Part shown: in pieces, positions 1 to 9,868 of the stretch
How the letters are laid out: every line of letters begins with the position of its first letter
How positions within the stretch are numbered: position 1 is the stretch's first letter
From: Candidatus Shapirobacteria bacterium
GTDB lineage: Bacteria; Patescibacteriota; Microgenomatia; UBA12405
Assembly: GCA_903825325.1 (NCBI GenBank)
Contig: CAIKAI010000128.1
Coordinates: 1 to 45,903, forward strand
Reading direction: 5' to 3'
DNA: 45,903 bases
The notes under the pieces: model-generated
Databases searched by the model: none
What the model was told of the DNA's origin: nothing
What the model saw: only the letters and a program-made list of their open reading frames with translations
Translations under genes and position numbers: made by a program

Positions 1-702
1 ACAATTACTGTACCGGAAAATGCGGCCTTTGGTTACTACTATGCAGTGACATTTGCCCGTAAGTACGAAGAAATTAAGAATGCTCCTCGGATTACTAAGG
101 TAATTGGAGCGACGGCATCACTGATTTTATTGGAAGTACGCGTACCTAACGCGATAAGAAATATTGACGTGTTGGAATTTTCTACTCCACATTTATTTTA
201 CGAATTTTTGCCGGTTAACTTTTTAATTAAATTAAAAAATAAAGGTACTGTACATGTGTCTCCCCGGGGGAATATCTTTATTGATCGATGGGGGCAAAAA
301 GACGTGGCAATTTTGAATGTAAACGATTTGAAAGGTAATGTTTTGCCAAACTCTAATCGGGTTTTTGAAACTGACTGGAATGATGGCTTTCCTCTATATG
401 TGGAACAAATTGTCGATAATCATGTATTATCGGATACTACCGGGAAGCCGAACTTAAAATTAAAATGGGATTTTTCCCAAGTACTAAAATTACGGTGGGG
501 AAAATATACGGCAAACTTACTTTTGGTTTATGATGATGGCACGAAAGATGTACCCATTGAGGCGAAGTTGGACTTTTGGGTAATCCCCTGGCGGATAATT
601 GGTGGAGCTCTAGTCATAATTTTGTTAATGGGTGCGGGAATATATTCAATCTTTAAAGAGCCGGTAAAAAGGCTAATTTCGAGGTTCAAGAAACAGAAAT
701 GA
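1..702 (+). CDS. cell-surface protein resembling DUF916/DUF3324 architecture, C-terminal membrane anchor (5' end outside window)
   Basis: Frame 1 is open from nt 1 (TITVPENAAFGYYYAV precedes the GTG at 46). Beta-rich body, then hydrophobic helix IIGGALVIILLMGAGIY plus a basic tail. Paralogous to the next ORF, with an ATGA overlap. Confidence 0.6.
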   Translation, partial: TITVPENAAFGYYYAVTFARKYEEIKNAPRITKVIGATASLILLEVRVPNAIRNIDVLEFSTPHLFYEFLPVNFLIKLKNKGTVHVSPRGNIFIDRWGQKDVAILNVNDLKGNVLPNSNRVFETDWNDGFPLYVEQIVDNHVLSDTTGKPNLKLKWDFSQVLKLRWGKYTANLLLVYDDGTKDVPIEAKLDFWVIPWRIIGGALVIILLMGAGIYSIFKEPVKRLISRFKKQK

Positions 703-1610
703 AAAATTTTAGACTATTTTTGTTATTGGGAATTTGTTTGGTGTTTGGAGGAGTCAAATTGGTGATGGCACAAAACAACGGGGTGATGATGTCGCCGCCT
801 TTTGCCGATGTGGAAATTGCCAAAGGTGATCTGGAAAAAGATTTGGTCATTGAGCTAACTAATCAAAGCCAGACTACAATAACTTTGAATTTAAGTGTGG
901 TTGATTTTGGATCATTGGATGAATCGGGTGGGGTGGCTTTTTTAACTGGTAATAGTCAGCCGGGTGACCGGAAATATGCTTTAGCGTCGTGGATGAGCTT
1001 GGAGAAAGACTGGGTGGTGATTGATCCCGGGAAAAAAGAAACAGTCAAGGTGGCTATTTTAAACAAAGAATCCTTATCTGGAGGTGGCCACTATGGGGCG
1101 GTCTTGGCGACATTAAAAACTGAGGAAAAACCAAAGGCGGATATGGTGGGATTTAATCAAGCATTGGCAACCTTGGTTTATGTTCAAAAAAGTGGTGGCG
1201 AAATTAAGAGTTTGATATACAAAAGCGTCGATTATGTCACAAATTGGCTAAAGTTGCCTAGCCAGATGAAAATAAGATTTGAAAACAACGGAAACACGCA
1301 CTTAACTCCTCGAGGTAAGGTGGAAATCAATGATGCTTGGGGAAATATTGTGTCTAAGGGAATAATTAATGATAGCTCGGGGAGGATAATCCCTGAGAGT
1401 TTTCGTTTATTTTCGGTGTCTCTTAAACAAAATCAAGGGTGGTTGTGGCCGGGAAAATACCAGATAAAAATTGATTTTCGTTATGACGGTAAAGAAGATT
1501 TCCAATCAGTAAAAATTGAATACAAATATGTCGGTAAAGAAGGGATAATTTTGTTGGCAGTGGTGATAATTTTGGGAGCGGTTTGGTGGTGGTATAAACG
1601 AAGAGTTTGA
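699..1610 (+). CDS. cell-surface protein resembling DUF916/DUF3324 architecture (signal peptide + C-terminal TM anchor)
   Basis: Signal peptide MKNFRLFLLLGICLVFGGVKLVMA and C-terminal TM GIILLAVVIILGAVWWW followed by KRRV. Shares blocks with ORF 1-702 (GGHYGAV / GYYYAV; N.G..H..PRG.I.I). Confidence 0.6.
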   Translation: MKNFRLFLLLGICLVFGGVKLVMAQNNGVMMSPPFADVEIAKGDLEKDLVIELTNQSQTTITLNLSVVDFGSLDESGGVAFLTGNSQPGDRKYALASWMSLEKDWVVIDPGKKETVKVAILNKESLSGGGHYGAVLATLKTEEKPKADMVGFNQALATLVYVQKSGGEIKSLIYKSVDYVTNWLKLPSQMKIRFENNGNTHLTPRGKVEINDAWGNIVSKGIINDSSGRIIPESFRLFSVSLKQNQGWLWPGKYQIKIDFRYDGKEDFQSVKIEYKYVGKEGIILLAVVIILGAVWWWYKRRV

Positions 1611-1697
1611 TATGGTTCATCGTACTTATTTTTAAACGTCATTACATCTAAAATTAAACTACAGTGACATAGGTCACGGTATTTGCGGATGTAATCA

Positions 1698-4600
1698 ATG
1701 AAAAAACTTTGGAAAATAGTATTAGTTTTGGCCATATTTGCGGTTAATTTTAACATGGCTTGGGCGGCAGCGGGAATTAATCGAAAGATAAATTTTCAGG
1801 GCAAAGTGGTTAATAAGGGCGTAGGTTCGACCGATGGTACCAATGTTGCTGATGGTAACCATAATATGGTATTTTCATTGTGGTCGACATTATCGGCGGG
1901 GACGTCGATTTGGTCGGAAACATGGAATGCAGGAACTACCCAAGTATCGGTCACCAGCGGCATTTTCCAAGTGGCGCTGGGAACAATGGTAACCTTTCCA
2001 CCAACGGTGGATTTTAATAGCGATAGTTTATATTTGAGTGTTAACTATGAGGGTGATGGCGATATGGTGCCAAGAGTGCAAATGGCCGCCGTCCCCTACG
2101 CGTTTAATGCCGAAAAAGTGGGTGGTTTAACGGTAACCAATACTACAGGTACTTTGACTGTTCCCAGCGGCGCCTTAATTTCTTTTGGAAGTAGTTTTGT
2201 GACTTCGGGAGTCGGCATTAGTTTGAATCAAAATTTAAATACGGGTAGTTCGGTAACTTTCGCGGGGCTTAGTGTGGGAGGAACAGTGTCTTTTACAGGC
2301 ATTCCAGTTGGTGTTGGGACAACTGTTTTGTATTTAAGTGCGACCGGGTTGTTGACTCAAGGAACACTACCAAGCTATTCGGCGGTTAATGGATTAAAAT
2401 TAAATGGTTTGGCGATTGGTTTGGGGGGAACATTGACGGGAAATACTAATATCGGAACGTCGTCATTTAGCTTGTCTTTTCAGGGTGTAGGTGGAGTACA
2501 GACGCTTTTTATTGGTGCCAGCGGTTATGTTGGTATTGGGGCAACAAATCCAAATCAAAAATTTATCATCGGTGATGATGCCTCGCAAAGTACGTTTAGA
2601 ATCAATGGTGGTAATAACGTTGACCAAACAGCGGTTATAGCAATGAACCGAACCGGCATTAATGAATGGGTAATTGCCGAAACCCAAAACGGAGATATCA
2701 ATTTTGGGACAATTCAGTCTGGAGGAAATTACCCGGATTATCAAAACTCTACAATTGGCAAGTATGCATATATGGTGATGAATAATTTTGGTGCCGTGGG
2801 TATTGGCACTACAAATCCAACTTATAAACTTCATGTGGCGAGTAGTATTGGATCTACCTCGGTGACTACAACGAATTTCTTAAGTATTGGTACTTCAGCT
2901 AATGTTGGCACAAATCTTAATGTAGGAGGTTCGGTGACGTTTAGTGGATTGCCGGTAGGAGTGGGGACAACAGTGATTTATGTGGGAGCAAATGGAGTTT
3001 TGGTTCAGGGAACATTTCCCGCCGGGGGAACAACATATACTGCGAGTACTGGCATAACTTTGGTCGGGAATGATTTCAGACTAAGTTTAGGAACAACCAA
3101 TATTTGGTTAGGAGCACAAATATTTAATGGCGGAATTGGGGTTACTGGCAATTTGGCAGTTGGTGGTTCGGTGACGTTTAGTGGATTGCCGGTAGGAGTG
3201 GGGACATCTGTGCTTTATGTCAATTCTTCGGGATTATTAGTTCAGGGTACATTGCCACCGGGTGGAGCCGGGCCATGGTCGACGGGATCGGGGTTGACTT
3301 ATTTGACGGACACAACTTCGGATTTAATATTGGGGGCCTCGACGGCAGCAAATGCGACTTTCTTTATGGATGTGTCGACAGGCGGATTGTATCTGGGTAA
3401 AAATGAGGCAATTAATGGCGGCTTAACTTTTTATTCTTCAGGAGTGGGTGTGTCGGATCCAACCATTGGGACTGATGCGAGTGGAAATTTAAATATAGCT
3501 GCACCGTCGGGACAAGTGGTGGTGGGCAATGGTGCGGGCGATATAAATTTTTCGATTACTGGGGAAACAAACGTGCTATCTGCCGGTAAGACGGCAACAT
3601 TGACCGGAACATATGCTTCGGCTGATTTTTCATTTAAGAGAATGTTGACAGGAGGAGCCAATAATCAGGGTGGTGATGTCTTTTATATTACTGATGTGTC
3701 AACTGGCACAGGTAGTACGATGAACCCGGACATGTTGGTGGTTAACTCTGCCCTAGGGAGCGGGACGTTTGTGGGGAATTTATTGCGCTTGCAAGTAAAC
3801 GGAGTGGATAAATTATTGGTAAATGCGAGTGGGAACGTGGGAATTGGGACGTCGGCGCCTGCCAACAAATTGTCCGTTTTTGCGACGGGTGTTCCAGCCA
3901 ATGATTTGGTAAATATTAGTAATATTGGTTACGGCGTGACAAACGCCGGAGTAGGCGCTTTGCAAATTGACTATTACGGCGGTGCGGCAAATGTGGAGGC
4001 TTCGGCAATGAGGGTAAATATGACAACAGGAGGTACTAGTGGTGGAATATGGAACCTTATCCGTTTGGTTGGAACATCGGCAGCTACCGGAGTGACTGAG
4101 AATGCAATTAAAATTGATGATAAAACGAATGGACCGGGAACATCAATTGGGTTAAATATTGGAACTAGTTGGGATTATGGAATTTATTCCCGTACTACAG
4201 GTATAAATTATTTTGCTGGTAAAGTTGGGATCGGGACCTCGACACCAGGTGTATATGCACTTAATATTGCCGGAACATTGGCGGGTAATGATGGGTATTT
4301 TAGTGGAAATATTGGTATCGGAGCGTCTATATCAGGACTATTTTACATTAATGTGGGAGGAACAGGGTATTTTAACGATTTATCAGCGGGGACAATGTCA
4401 ATTGGGACAACAATCTTCCAAAATGCTTATGTTTTAAACATTGCTGGGACTATCGGCGGTAATGATGCTTACTTCAGTGGAAATATTGGGATTGGGGCAT
4501 CGATATCGGGAATATATAACCTTAATATTGGCGGATCAGGTTATTCAGCAAATTTTTCATCACCAAAGATGTCAATTGGGACAACAAATTTTCAAGCAAA

Positions 4601-6167
4601 ATATGTCCTTAATATTGCGGGGACAATGTCGGGCAATGATCAAACTCTCAGTGGAAATTTGAGCATCGGCGCTTCAGTATCAGGCTATATGCTTCAAGTT
4701 CAAGGCTCACAAGTTTCGGGGGTAGCGTTTTTTAATAATACTTATTCCACTTCAGGTACAGCTCCAGTAATAGTTATTCAGACGGGAATTGCAACGACAG
4801 CTGTAAGTGGAGGCGGATTCATTAATTTTAATAACTCATCAGGAGTTAAAGTAGGAAGAATAAGGTTGGGAACGGGTGCATCCGGGGTAGCTTACGCGAC
4901 GACAGCTGCAGCTGACTTTGCTGAATATGTGGTGGCGAGCGAACCAACTGACGCGGGAGATTTAATTGCGTTTTCAAATAACAAATTTATAAAAGCCACG
5001 GCAGGCCAACCACTGGCAGGAATTCACTCGGCCAACCCATCGTTTGTGGGAAATGATGAGCAATCCGGACAAGTTAATGCGTTTCCTCTGGCGATGTCGG
5101 GTATCGTGAAATTAAAGGTGAGCTCGATTAACGGGCCAATTAGCCCGGGCGACCCGTTGACTGCTAGTTCAATCAGTGGTGTGGCCGCCAAGGCAATTAG
5201 TGCTGGTGGTATCGCGGCTCGAGCCATTGAGAGTTATACTAATTCCGATCCAAATCAAGTTGGGATGATAAGTGTGATTGCTAATTTAAGTTGGTATGAC
5301 CCGGGAGTGAGTATTACTAAGCCAATTGGTTTTGATTTAGTGCAATTAAAATATCAAACTAATTTGGATGGGTTGACCGTGGCGGTGGATGAACTAAAAA
5401 CAAGTAAAATATCACCGCTTATCGACAGCAATGGTAACCCCGTTAAATTGGTAATTAACAATGATGTCCAAATTACCGGCAGTTTAAATGTGGGACTGTT
5501 GACCGCGGATAGAATCAGTGCTGGTTCAATTGATGGGCTAGAATTGTTGGCGACCCGAATCGATAAACTGGAAAATGATGTTAAGAACTTAACTGGCCAA
5601 GTGGCGGGGTTGGCGACTAGCTCGGCATTGGCCAATGTCTCCCCTGCTCCCATACCAACGGCAATTCCAGTGGAAAATAATTTATTTAAAAATGCCACTG
5701 AATTTTGGAATAATGTGTTGTTGAAAGGCGAAGTGGTTTTTGAAAAAGCACCAACATTTAACAAAGATACTGGTGGATTTGCGGTCATCAATGTTGGGCA
5801 GACAGGCATTGAGGTTGATTTTGAAACAGCGTTTACGGAGATCCCGATTGTCAATGTCACCATGACAGTGGATGATGGCCAGGAAGAAGCAACTAATAGT
5901 CAAAATTATAGTTATTACGTGACTAAAAAAAGCAAAAGTAGTTTCGTAATTAGAATGAATAAACCAGCCCAAAATAAGTTGCAATTTTCCTGGTCGGCAT
6001 TGTTGATCAAAGAGGCAAAGACATTTGAAGTCCAAATTACCCCGACGCCAACACCAACCATATTAGTTCCGACGGCGACAGACACACCGGTACCAACAGT
6101 GACTCTGGGTATAACAACAACTCCGGAGGCAATGCCGAGCGCAGGAGTAGGAACAACTGGTCCGTAA
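1698..6167 (+). CDS. giant secreted fibre-like surface protein (1489 aa), repeat-rich, Pro/Thr-rich C-terminal tail
   Basis: Signal peptide MKKLWKIVLVLAIFAVNFNMAWA and G/T/S/N-rich sequence with recurring VGIGT..P...L motifs. Three GG(S/T)VxFxGxPVGVGT modules, 2.5 tandem 58-aa repeats, a coiled-coil stretch LELLATRIDKLENDVKNLTGQ and a PT-rich end. Confidence 0.85.
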   Translation: MKKLWKIVLVLAIFAVNFNMAWAAAGINRKINFQGKVVNKGVGSTDGTNVADGNHNMVFSLWSTLSAGTSIWSETWNAGTTQVSVTSGIFQVALGTMVTFPPTVDFNSDSLYLSVNYEGDGDMVPRVQMAAVPYAFNAEKVGGLTVTNTTGTLTVPSGALISFGSSFVTSGVGISLNQNLNTGSSVTFAGLSVGGTVSFTGIPVGVGTTVLYLSATGLLTQGTLPSYSAVNGLKLNGLAIGLGGTLTGNTNIGTSSFSLSFQGVGGVQTLFIGASGYVGIGATNPNQKFIIGDDASQSTFRINGGNNVDQTAVIAMNRTGINEWVIAETQNGDINFGTIQSGGNYPDYQNSTIGKYAYMVMNNFGAVGIGTTNPTYKLHVASSIGSTSVTTTNFLSIGTSANVGTNLNVGGSVTFSGLPVGVGTTVIYVGANGVLVQGTFPAGGTTYTASTGITLVGNDFRLSLGTTNIWLGAQIFNGGIGVTGNLAVGGSVTFSGLPVGVGTSVLYVNSSGLLVQGTLPPGGAGPWSTGSGLTYLTDTTSDLILGASTAANATFFMDVSTGGLYLGKNEAINGGLTFYSSGVGVSDPTIGTDASGNLNIAAPSGQVVVGNGAGDINFSITGETNVLSAGKTATLTGTYASADFSFKRMLTGGANNQGGDVFYITDVSTGTGSTMNPDMLVVNSALGSGTFVGNLLRLQVNGVDKLLVNASGNVGIGTSAPANKLSVFATGVPANDLVNISNIGYGVTNAGVGALQIDYYGGAANVEASAMRVNMTTGGTSGGIWNLIRLVGTSAATGVTENAIKIDDKTNGPGTSIGLNIGTSWDYGIYSRTTGINYFAGKVGIGTSTPGVYALNIAGTLAGNDGYFSGNIGIGASISGLFYINVGGTGYFNDLSAGTMSIGTTIFQNAYVLNIAGTIGGNDAYFSGNIGIGASISGIYNLNIGGSGYSANFSSPKMSIGTTNFQAKYVLNIAGTMSGNDQTLSGNLSIGASVSGYMLQVQGSQVSGVAFFNNTYSTSGTAPVIVIQTGIATTAVSGGGFINFNNSSGVKVGRIRLGTGASGVAYATTAAADFAEYVVASEPTDAGDLIAFSNNKFIKATAGQPLAGIHSANPSFVGNDEQSGQVNAFPLAMSGIVKLKVSSINGPISPGDPLTASSISGVAAKAISAGGIAARAIESYTNSDPNQVGMISVIANLSWYDPGVSITKPIGFDLVQLKYQTNLDGLTVAVDELKTSKISPLIDSNGNPVKLVINNDVQITGSLNVGLLTADRISAGSIDGLELLATRIDKLENDVKNLTGQVAGLATSSALANVSPAPIPTAIPVENNLFKNATEFWNNVLLKGEVVFEKAPTFNKDTGGFAVINVGQTGIEVDFETAFTEIPIVNVTMTVDDGQEEATNSQNYSYYVTKKSKSSFVIRMNKPAQNKLQFSWSALLIKEAKTFEVQITPTPTPTILVPTATDTPVPTVTLGITTTPEAMPSAGVGTTGP
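2928..2969 (+). repeat. 42-nt perfect direct repeat, copy 1 (inside the giant surface protein gene)
   Basis: ggttcggtgacgtttagtggattgccggtaggagtggggaca is identical at 2928-2969 and 3165-3206. A diverged third module lies near 2278. Confidence 0.9.
3165..3206 (+). repeat. 42-nt perfect direct repeat, copy 2
   Basis: Identical to 2928-2969. Encodes GSVTFSGLPVGVGT. Confidence 0.9.
4254..4688 (+). repeat. in-frame tandem repeat, 174-nt (58-aa) unit, about 2.5 copies
   Basis: Units start at 4254, 4428 and 4602: Y(A/V)LNIAGT..GND.YFSGNIGIGASISG...N(V/I)GG(T/S)GY......MSIGTT.FQ. Confidence 0.85.
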
Positions 6168-6168
6168 T

Positions 6169-8682
6169 ATGATGAACAGATTATTTAAAGCAATTGTTTT
6201 AATAGTTATTTTTGGTTTTACTTTTGTCAGTCAAGTTGAGGCGGCCAAAATACGTCAAGAAATACCCATCATTATGGCTCAAACTGCGGCGAGTGCCACG
6301 GGGATGGCGGCACAACAAATCATAAACACAAATATTTATGGTGGGACGGCGACCTATGCTTTTGAAGCGGTGGGCGATTATGCGACAGCGGGAACAATTA
6401 CTCTGAGATTAGCGAGTGATAATTCGGTGGCGGCGACATTAACTTGGTCGAGCACCGAAACTACACCGAGTCGAAAAAGAGTCTCTTTTACTCCAACTGC
6501 CGGCGCAAACGCCTATTATGTTTATTTGGGTGCCTCAGGCACGGCGGCAGGATTTAATACGGGAAGAATTCTGGTTTTTCAAGACACGAGCGGGTTTCAA
6601 CTGACTAGTACTGAAACCCAAATTGAAATTGGTGACTATGAAACAGCGATGACAAATACCTCATCATCGCCGTTGACTGCTCCAAAATATTGGACATATA
6701 CCGCGGCCAATTGGGATGGAACACTGACATATTCAGCAGAAGCAACTTACAGCACTTCAACGACAAATTTGGCAACAATTACATTACAGGAGGATGATGG
6801 GAGTTGGAATTTTAGTAACAAAGTGACCATGGTTAATGGGGTGTCAAGTGTCGGGGCAACATTATCGCCTAGAGTGATTTTTACCCCGACAAATGGGCGA
6901 CATTATCGGATCGCGGCCTTCACTAATTCGGGAAATTACACGATTTATAATGCCAAAATTATTGTGACACAAACTGGGACGATATCAAAACTGGAACCAC
7001 AATATTTGTTAATGAATACGAAAAATGTTGGGACGACGGCAATATCAATTGGTAACACTTCTGTGTCTGGTGCGGCATCGGTGTCGGTGGTAAGTTGGTC
7101 ACATACGGTGACCGGTGTTAATCGCTTGTTGATGGTGTCGGTCGGTTTTAGAAATTATACGACAGTGTCATCAGTAACATATGGTGGAGCAAATTTAACT
7201 CACTTAATTGATAACGCGTCCGGATCGGGAAATTTTGCGCGGGTAGAAATATGGTATTTATTAAATCCAAATATCGGGACAGACACAATATCAGTTAATT
7301 TAGTTTCAGCTGATTATGTCAGTGTTGGGGGAGTTACATTTAATGTGGTAGATCAGTCAAGCCCGCTGGGAGTGGGAGCAACTAACTCCGGTGTCGGAGT
7401 CTCAAATGCTTCAGTTTCGGTGGGAAGTAGTGTAGGTAATATAATATATGATGCCGTGAGTTTTTGGGCTTCAGGGGGTTCTTGGGTTCCAGGCATTGGC
7501 GAGACTGATTTATATGATGCTACGGCTGACAATGCTTGGCGTGTTTCCACCGGTGTAAAAAATGGTTTGGCGAGTAATACGGGTGTGGGATGGACTTTTG
7601 CGGGAACTGTTTCCGATTATGCAGAAGCGGCGGTGGCAATTCATCAATCGGTGGGAATACCGGTAACCGACAAAACTTTGTGGGATGCTACAGAATGGTC
7701 GGGAGTAACCAATGTTTATAAACATGCGGTCGACTCAATTGGGGTGGGATCGAGTACCCAACTGGTGGATGTTGGTAACTCAAATACAGTGGTGACAAAC
7801 TCAAAAGTGAGTGGGGTCGGTCAAACAATTAGTAATAATTTAACCATGCCGACGAGTGGGCATGAAATCGACAGTTGGATATTAGGATCAGGTGAAGCTG
7901 ATGCTTCCCGAATATTAGTCCAAGTGTCGATTGCCCCCATGCCGACAAAAGTCGTCTTTACTAACTCACCCCGAACTTTGACAGCAGGCAGCTGTAATGG
8001 TGCTGCGAGTGTGTTGACAATTCAATTGCAGGATGGCAGTAATAATCCGACGAGTCCTACCGGTGCTTCAGTTATTCGAGTAACGTCTGATTCTTCGGAT
8101 TATACGATTTATTCTGACAATACTTGTTCAACTCAAGTGACCAATGGGGATTTTACTTTTACGACTGCCGATAATACTATGAATGTTTATATTATCAACC
8201 GAAAAACACCAAATTGGACCATGACCGCTCACAAACAATCAGGACCAGACAATATTGCGGATGGTACGCAGGGAATTACGGTTAACCCCGGGGTACTTTA
8301 TCAGTATTTGGTGAACATTACCTCACCCCAGGTGGTCAATACTTGTTTTAACGGCATAAATAATATATCGGCTCAAGATCAATGGGGGAATGTTAGGACA
8401 ACCGACACGTCGGTGGTCAACATGACAACAACTGGATCGTCAATGACGTTTTATACGACTGCTGGTTGTAGTGGAGCGACTTCGCAATACACCATGTCTT
8501 CGGGAACGGGAACTATGTATGTCAAGACATCGGCGATTCAATCTGGAATTACAGTGACAGCGACAAGAAATGGCGGAACTGAAACCGGAACAACAGGTTT
8601 GATTAATGTCAAAACGAGTACTGTTAATATTCAAATTAAAGGTGGCACAAAATTTAAAGGCGGAGATAAATTAAGTTCTTAG
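6169..8682 (+). CDS. secreted surface protein (837 aa), C-terminal Ig-like modules
   Basis: Starts 1 nt after the previous stop. Signal peptide MMNRLFKAIVLIVIFGFTFVSQVEA; T/S/G-rich. The C-terminal third looks like two Ig-like repeats (VVFTNSPRTLTAGSC..., ...GITVTATRNGGTETG). Confidence 0.8.
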   Translation: MMNRLFKAIVLIVIFGFTFVSQVEAAKIRQEIPIIMAQTAASATGMAAQQIINTNIYGGTATYAFEAVGDYATAGTITLRLASDNSVAATLTWSSTETTPSRKRVSFTPTAGANAYYVYLGASGTAAGFNTGRILVFQDTSGFQLTSTETQIEIGDYETAMTNTSSSPLTAPKYWTYTAANWDGTLTYSAEATYSTSTTNLATITLQEDDGSWNFSNKVTMVNGVSSVGATLSPRVIFTPTNGRHYRIAAFTNSGNYTIYNAKIIVTQTGTISKLEPQYLLMNTKNVGTTAISIGNTSVSGAASVSVVSWSHTVTGVNRLLMVSVGFRNYTTVSSVTYGGANLTHLIDNASGSGNFARVEIWYLLNPNIGTDTISVNLVSADYVSVGGVTFNVVDQSSPLGVGATNSGVGVSNASVSVGSSVGNIIYDAVSFWASGGSWVPGIGETDLYDATADNAWRVSTGVKNGLASNTGVGWTFAGTVSDYAEAAVAIHQSVGIPVTDKTLWDATEWSGVTNVYKHAVDSIGVGSSTQLVDVGNSNTVVTNSKVSGVGQTISNNLTMPTSGHEIDSWILGSGEADASRILVQVSIAPMPTKVVFTNSPRTLTAGSCNGAASVLTIQLQDGSNNPTSPTGASVIRVTSDSSDYTIYSDNTCSTQVTNGDFTFTTADNTMNVYIINRKTPNWTMTAHKQSGPDNIADGTQGITVNPGVLYQYLVNITSPQVVNTCFNGINNISAQDQWGNVRTTDTSVVNMTTTGSSMTFYTTAGCSGATSQYTMSSGTGTMYVKTSAIQSGITVTATRNGGTETGTTGLINVKTSTVNIQIKGGTKFKGGDKLSS

Positions 8683-8685
8683 TTT

Positions 8686-9204
8686 ATGAAACATAAATGG
8701 TTAATTTTAAGCGTTTTAGGAATAGCTATTTGGATGGGGGCTTTTATTTACCAAAGGCAGGATAAGGTAAATTATGTCGTCTGGGTAAATGGTGAGGGAA
8801 TTTCAAAGTTGGATTATGCCCAAGAACTGGCACATACCAAACAATTTTATATTTGGGCGAAGCAAGATGTTAAGCAACTCCCCTCTTTGGATAAAGATGT
8901 TTTACAACGAATGATTGAAACCAAAATTGTTGATCAATATGCTAAAAAAAATAAAATCAGTGTCAGTCAAAAAGAGATTGAAGAAAATTATCAGGCTAGT
9001 TTAGGGAAAAGATCCGAAATAGATTTTTTAAAGTTAATTAGCGAAATGTATGGCCAAAACAAGCAGGATTATCAACAAAAATTGGCTGATGACTTGTTAA
9101 GGGAAAAGGTCCAGGCTAAATTAGGCGAGCCTTTAGCCAACTGGTTGGCGAGAATGGAAAAAACGGCGGCGATCAACTACAATACAATTAAGAATGGGAA
9201 TTAA
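8686..9204 (+). CDS. membrane-anchored SurA-N-like chaperone domain protein (tentative)
   Basis: N-terminal TM WLILSVLGIAIWMGAFIY followed by a helical region. The pattern resembles SurA/PpiD N-terminal chaperone domains (VNGEGISKLDY...QRMIETKIVDQYAKKNKISVSQKEIEENY). Confidence 0.4.
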   Translation: MKHKWLILSVLGIAIWMGAFIYQRQDKVNYVVWVNGEGISKLDYAQELAHTKQFYIWAKQDVKQLPSLDKDVLQRMIETKIVDQYAKKNKISVSQKEIEENYQASLGKRSEIDFLKLISEMYGQNKQDYQQKLADDLLREKVQAKLGEPLANWLARMEKTAAINYNTIKNGN

Positions 9205-9868
9205 TACTGGAACAGCAAAAATAATTTTGGGGGTGATCTTGATATTAGGGTTAACTGCTGGTTATTTTTATCGACAAAAATTGGTAACTAACAATAGTGC
9301 CGAAGAACAAACAAAACAGATTGTTACTGAGGTAGGAAAGTTAATGCTTCTGCCTGAGGGGGCACCGACAATTGCCACTGTAACTGATAAATCCAAACTT
9401 CAAGATCAAAAATTTTTTATTAATGCGGAAAATGGCGACCGAGTTTTGATATATTCTGCCTCGTCTAAGGCAATTTTATATCGACCAAAAATTAACAAAA
9501 TAATTGAGGTCGCTTCAATCTTACCCGTGGACAATCCGGTAACTCCAGCGACGCCGACAATGGCCGAAGTTAAGCCGCCAATAACCAATGCCAAGATTGT
9601 GTTAATGAACGGGACTAAAACCGTTGGCTTGACGACTAAATGGGAAAAAAGTATTTTGGGGAAAATCGCCTCAGTCGATGTAGTTGATAAACTAACTGCT
9701 GGGCAAACTGATTATACTAATACAGTGATAGTAGACATTAGTGGAAAATATAAAGGCAAAGTTGATGAACTAAAAAATTTGTTTGGAGCAACGGTAGTGC
9801 CGGCACCTTCAGGAGAAAGTGTGCCACAAGCCGATATATTGGTCATATTGGGTAGCGATGCGATCTAA
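9194..9868 (+). CDS. membrane-anchored LytR_C-like domain protein
   Basis: N-terminal TM, then a C-terminal region with the LytR_C-like pattern (AKIVLMNGTKTVGLT...TNTVIVDISGKYKGKVDELKNLFGATVV...ADILVILGSD). Confidence 0.5.
   Translation: MGINTGTAKIILGVILILGLTAGYFYRQKLVTNNSAEEQTKQIVTEVGKLMLLPEGAPTIATVTDKSKLQDQKFFINAENGDRVLIYSASSKAILYRPKINKIIEVASILPVDNPVTPATPTMAEVKPPITNAKIVLMNGTKTVGLTTKWEKSILGKIASVDVVDKLTAGQTDYTNTVIVDISGKYKGKVDELKNLFGATVVPAPSGESVPQADILVILGSDAI

Noticed and set aside
2463-2834. Antisense or alternate-frame ORFs inside large genes. Examples: 2463-2834, 3431-3901, 5354-6035, 16882-17614, 18892-19404, 25479-25912, 27639-27998, 30214-30526, 32101-32403.
   Set aside because: All lie wholly within much longer ORFs that have clear family signatures. 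They have low-complexity or odd composition and no start-site signals, so they are typical shadow ORFs.
1698-6167. A prophage tail-fibre gene or prophage remnant.
   Set aside because: The protein has a Sec signal peptide, and its neighbours are anchored surface proteins. No integrase, capsid, terminase or baseplate genes occur nearby.
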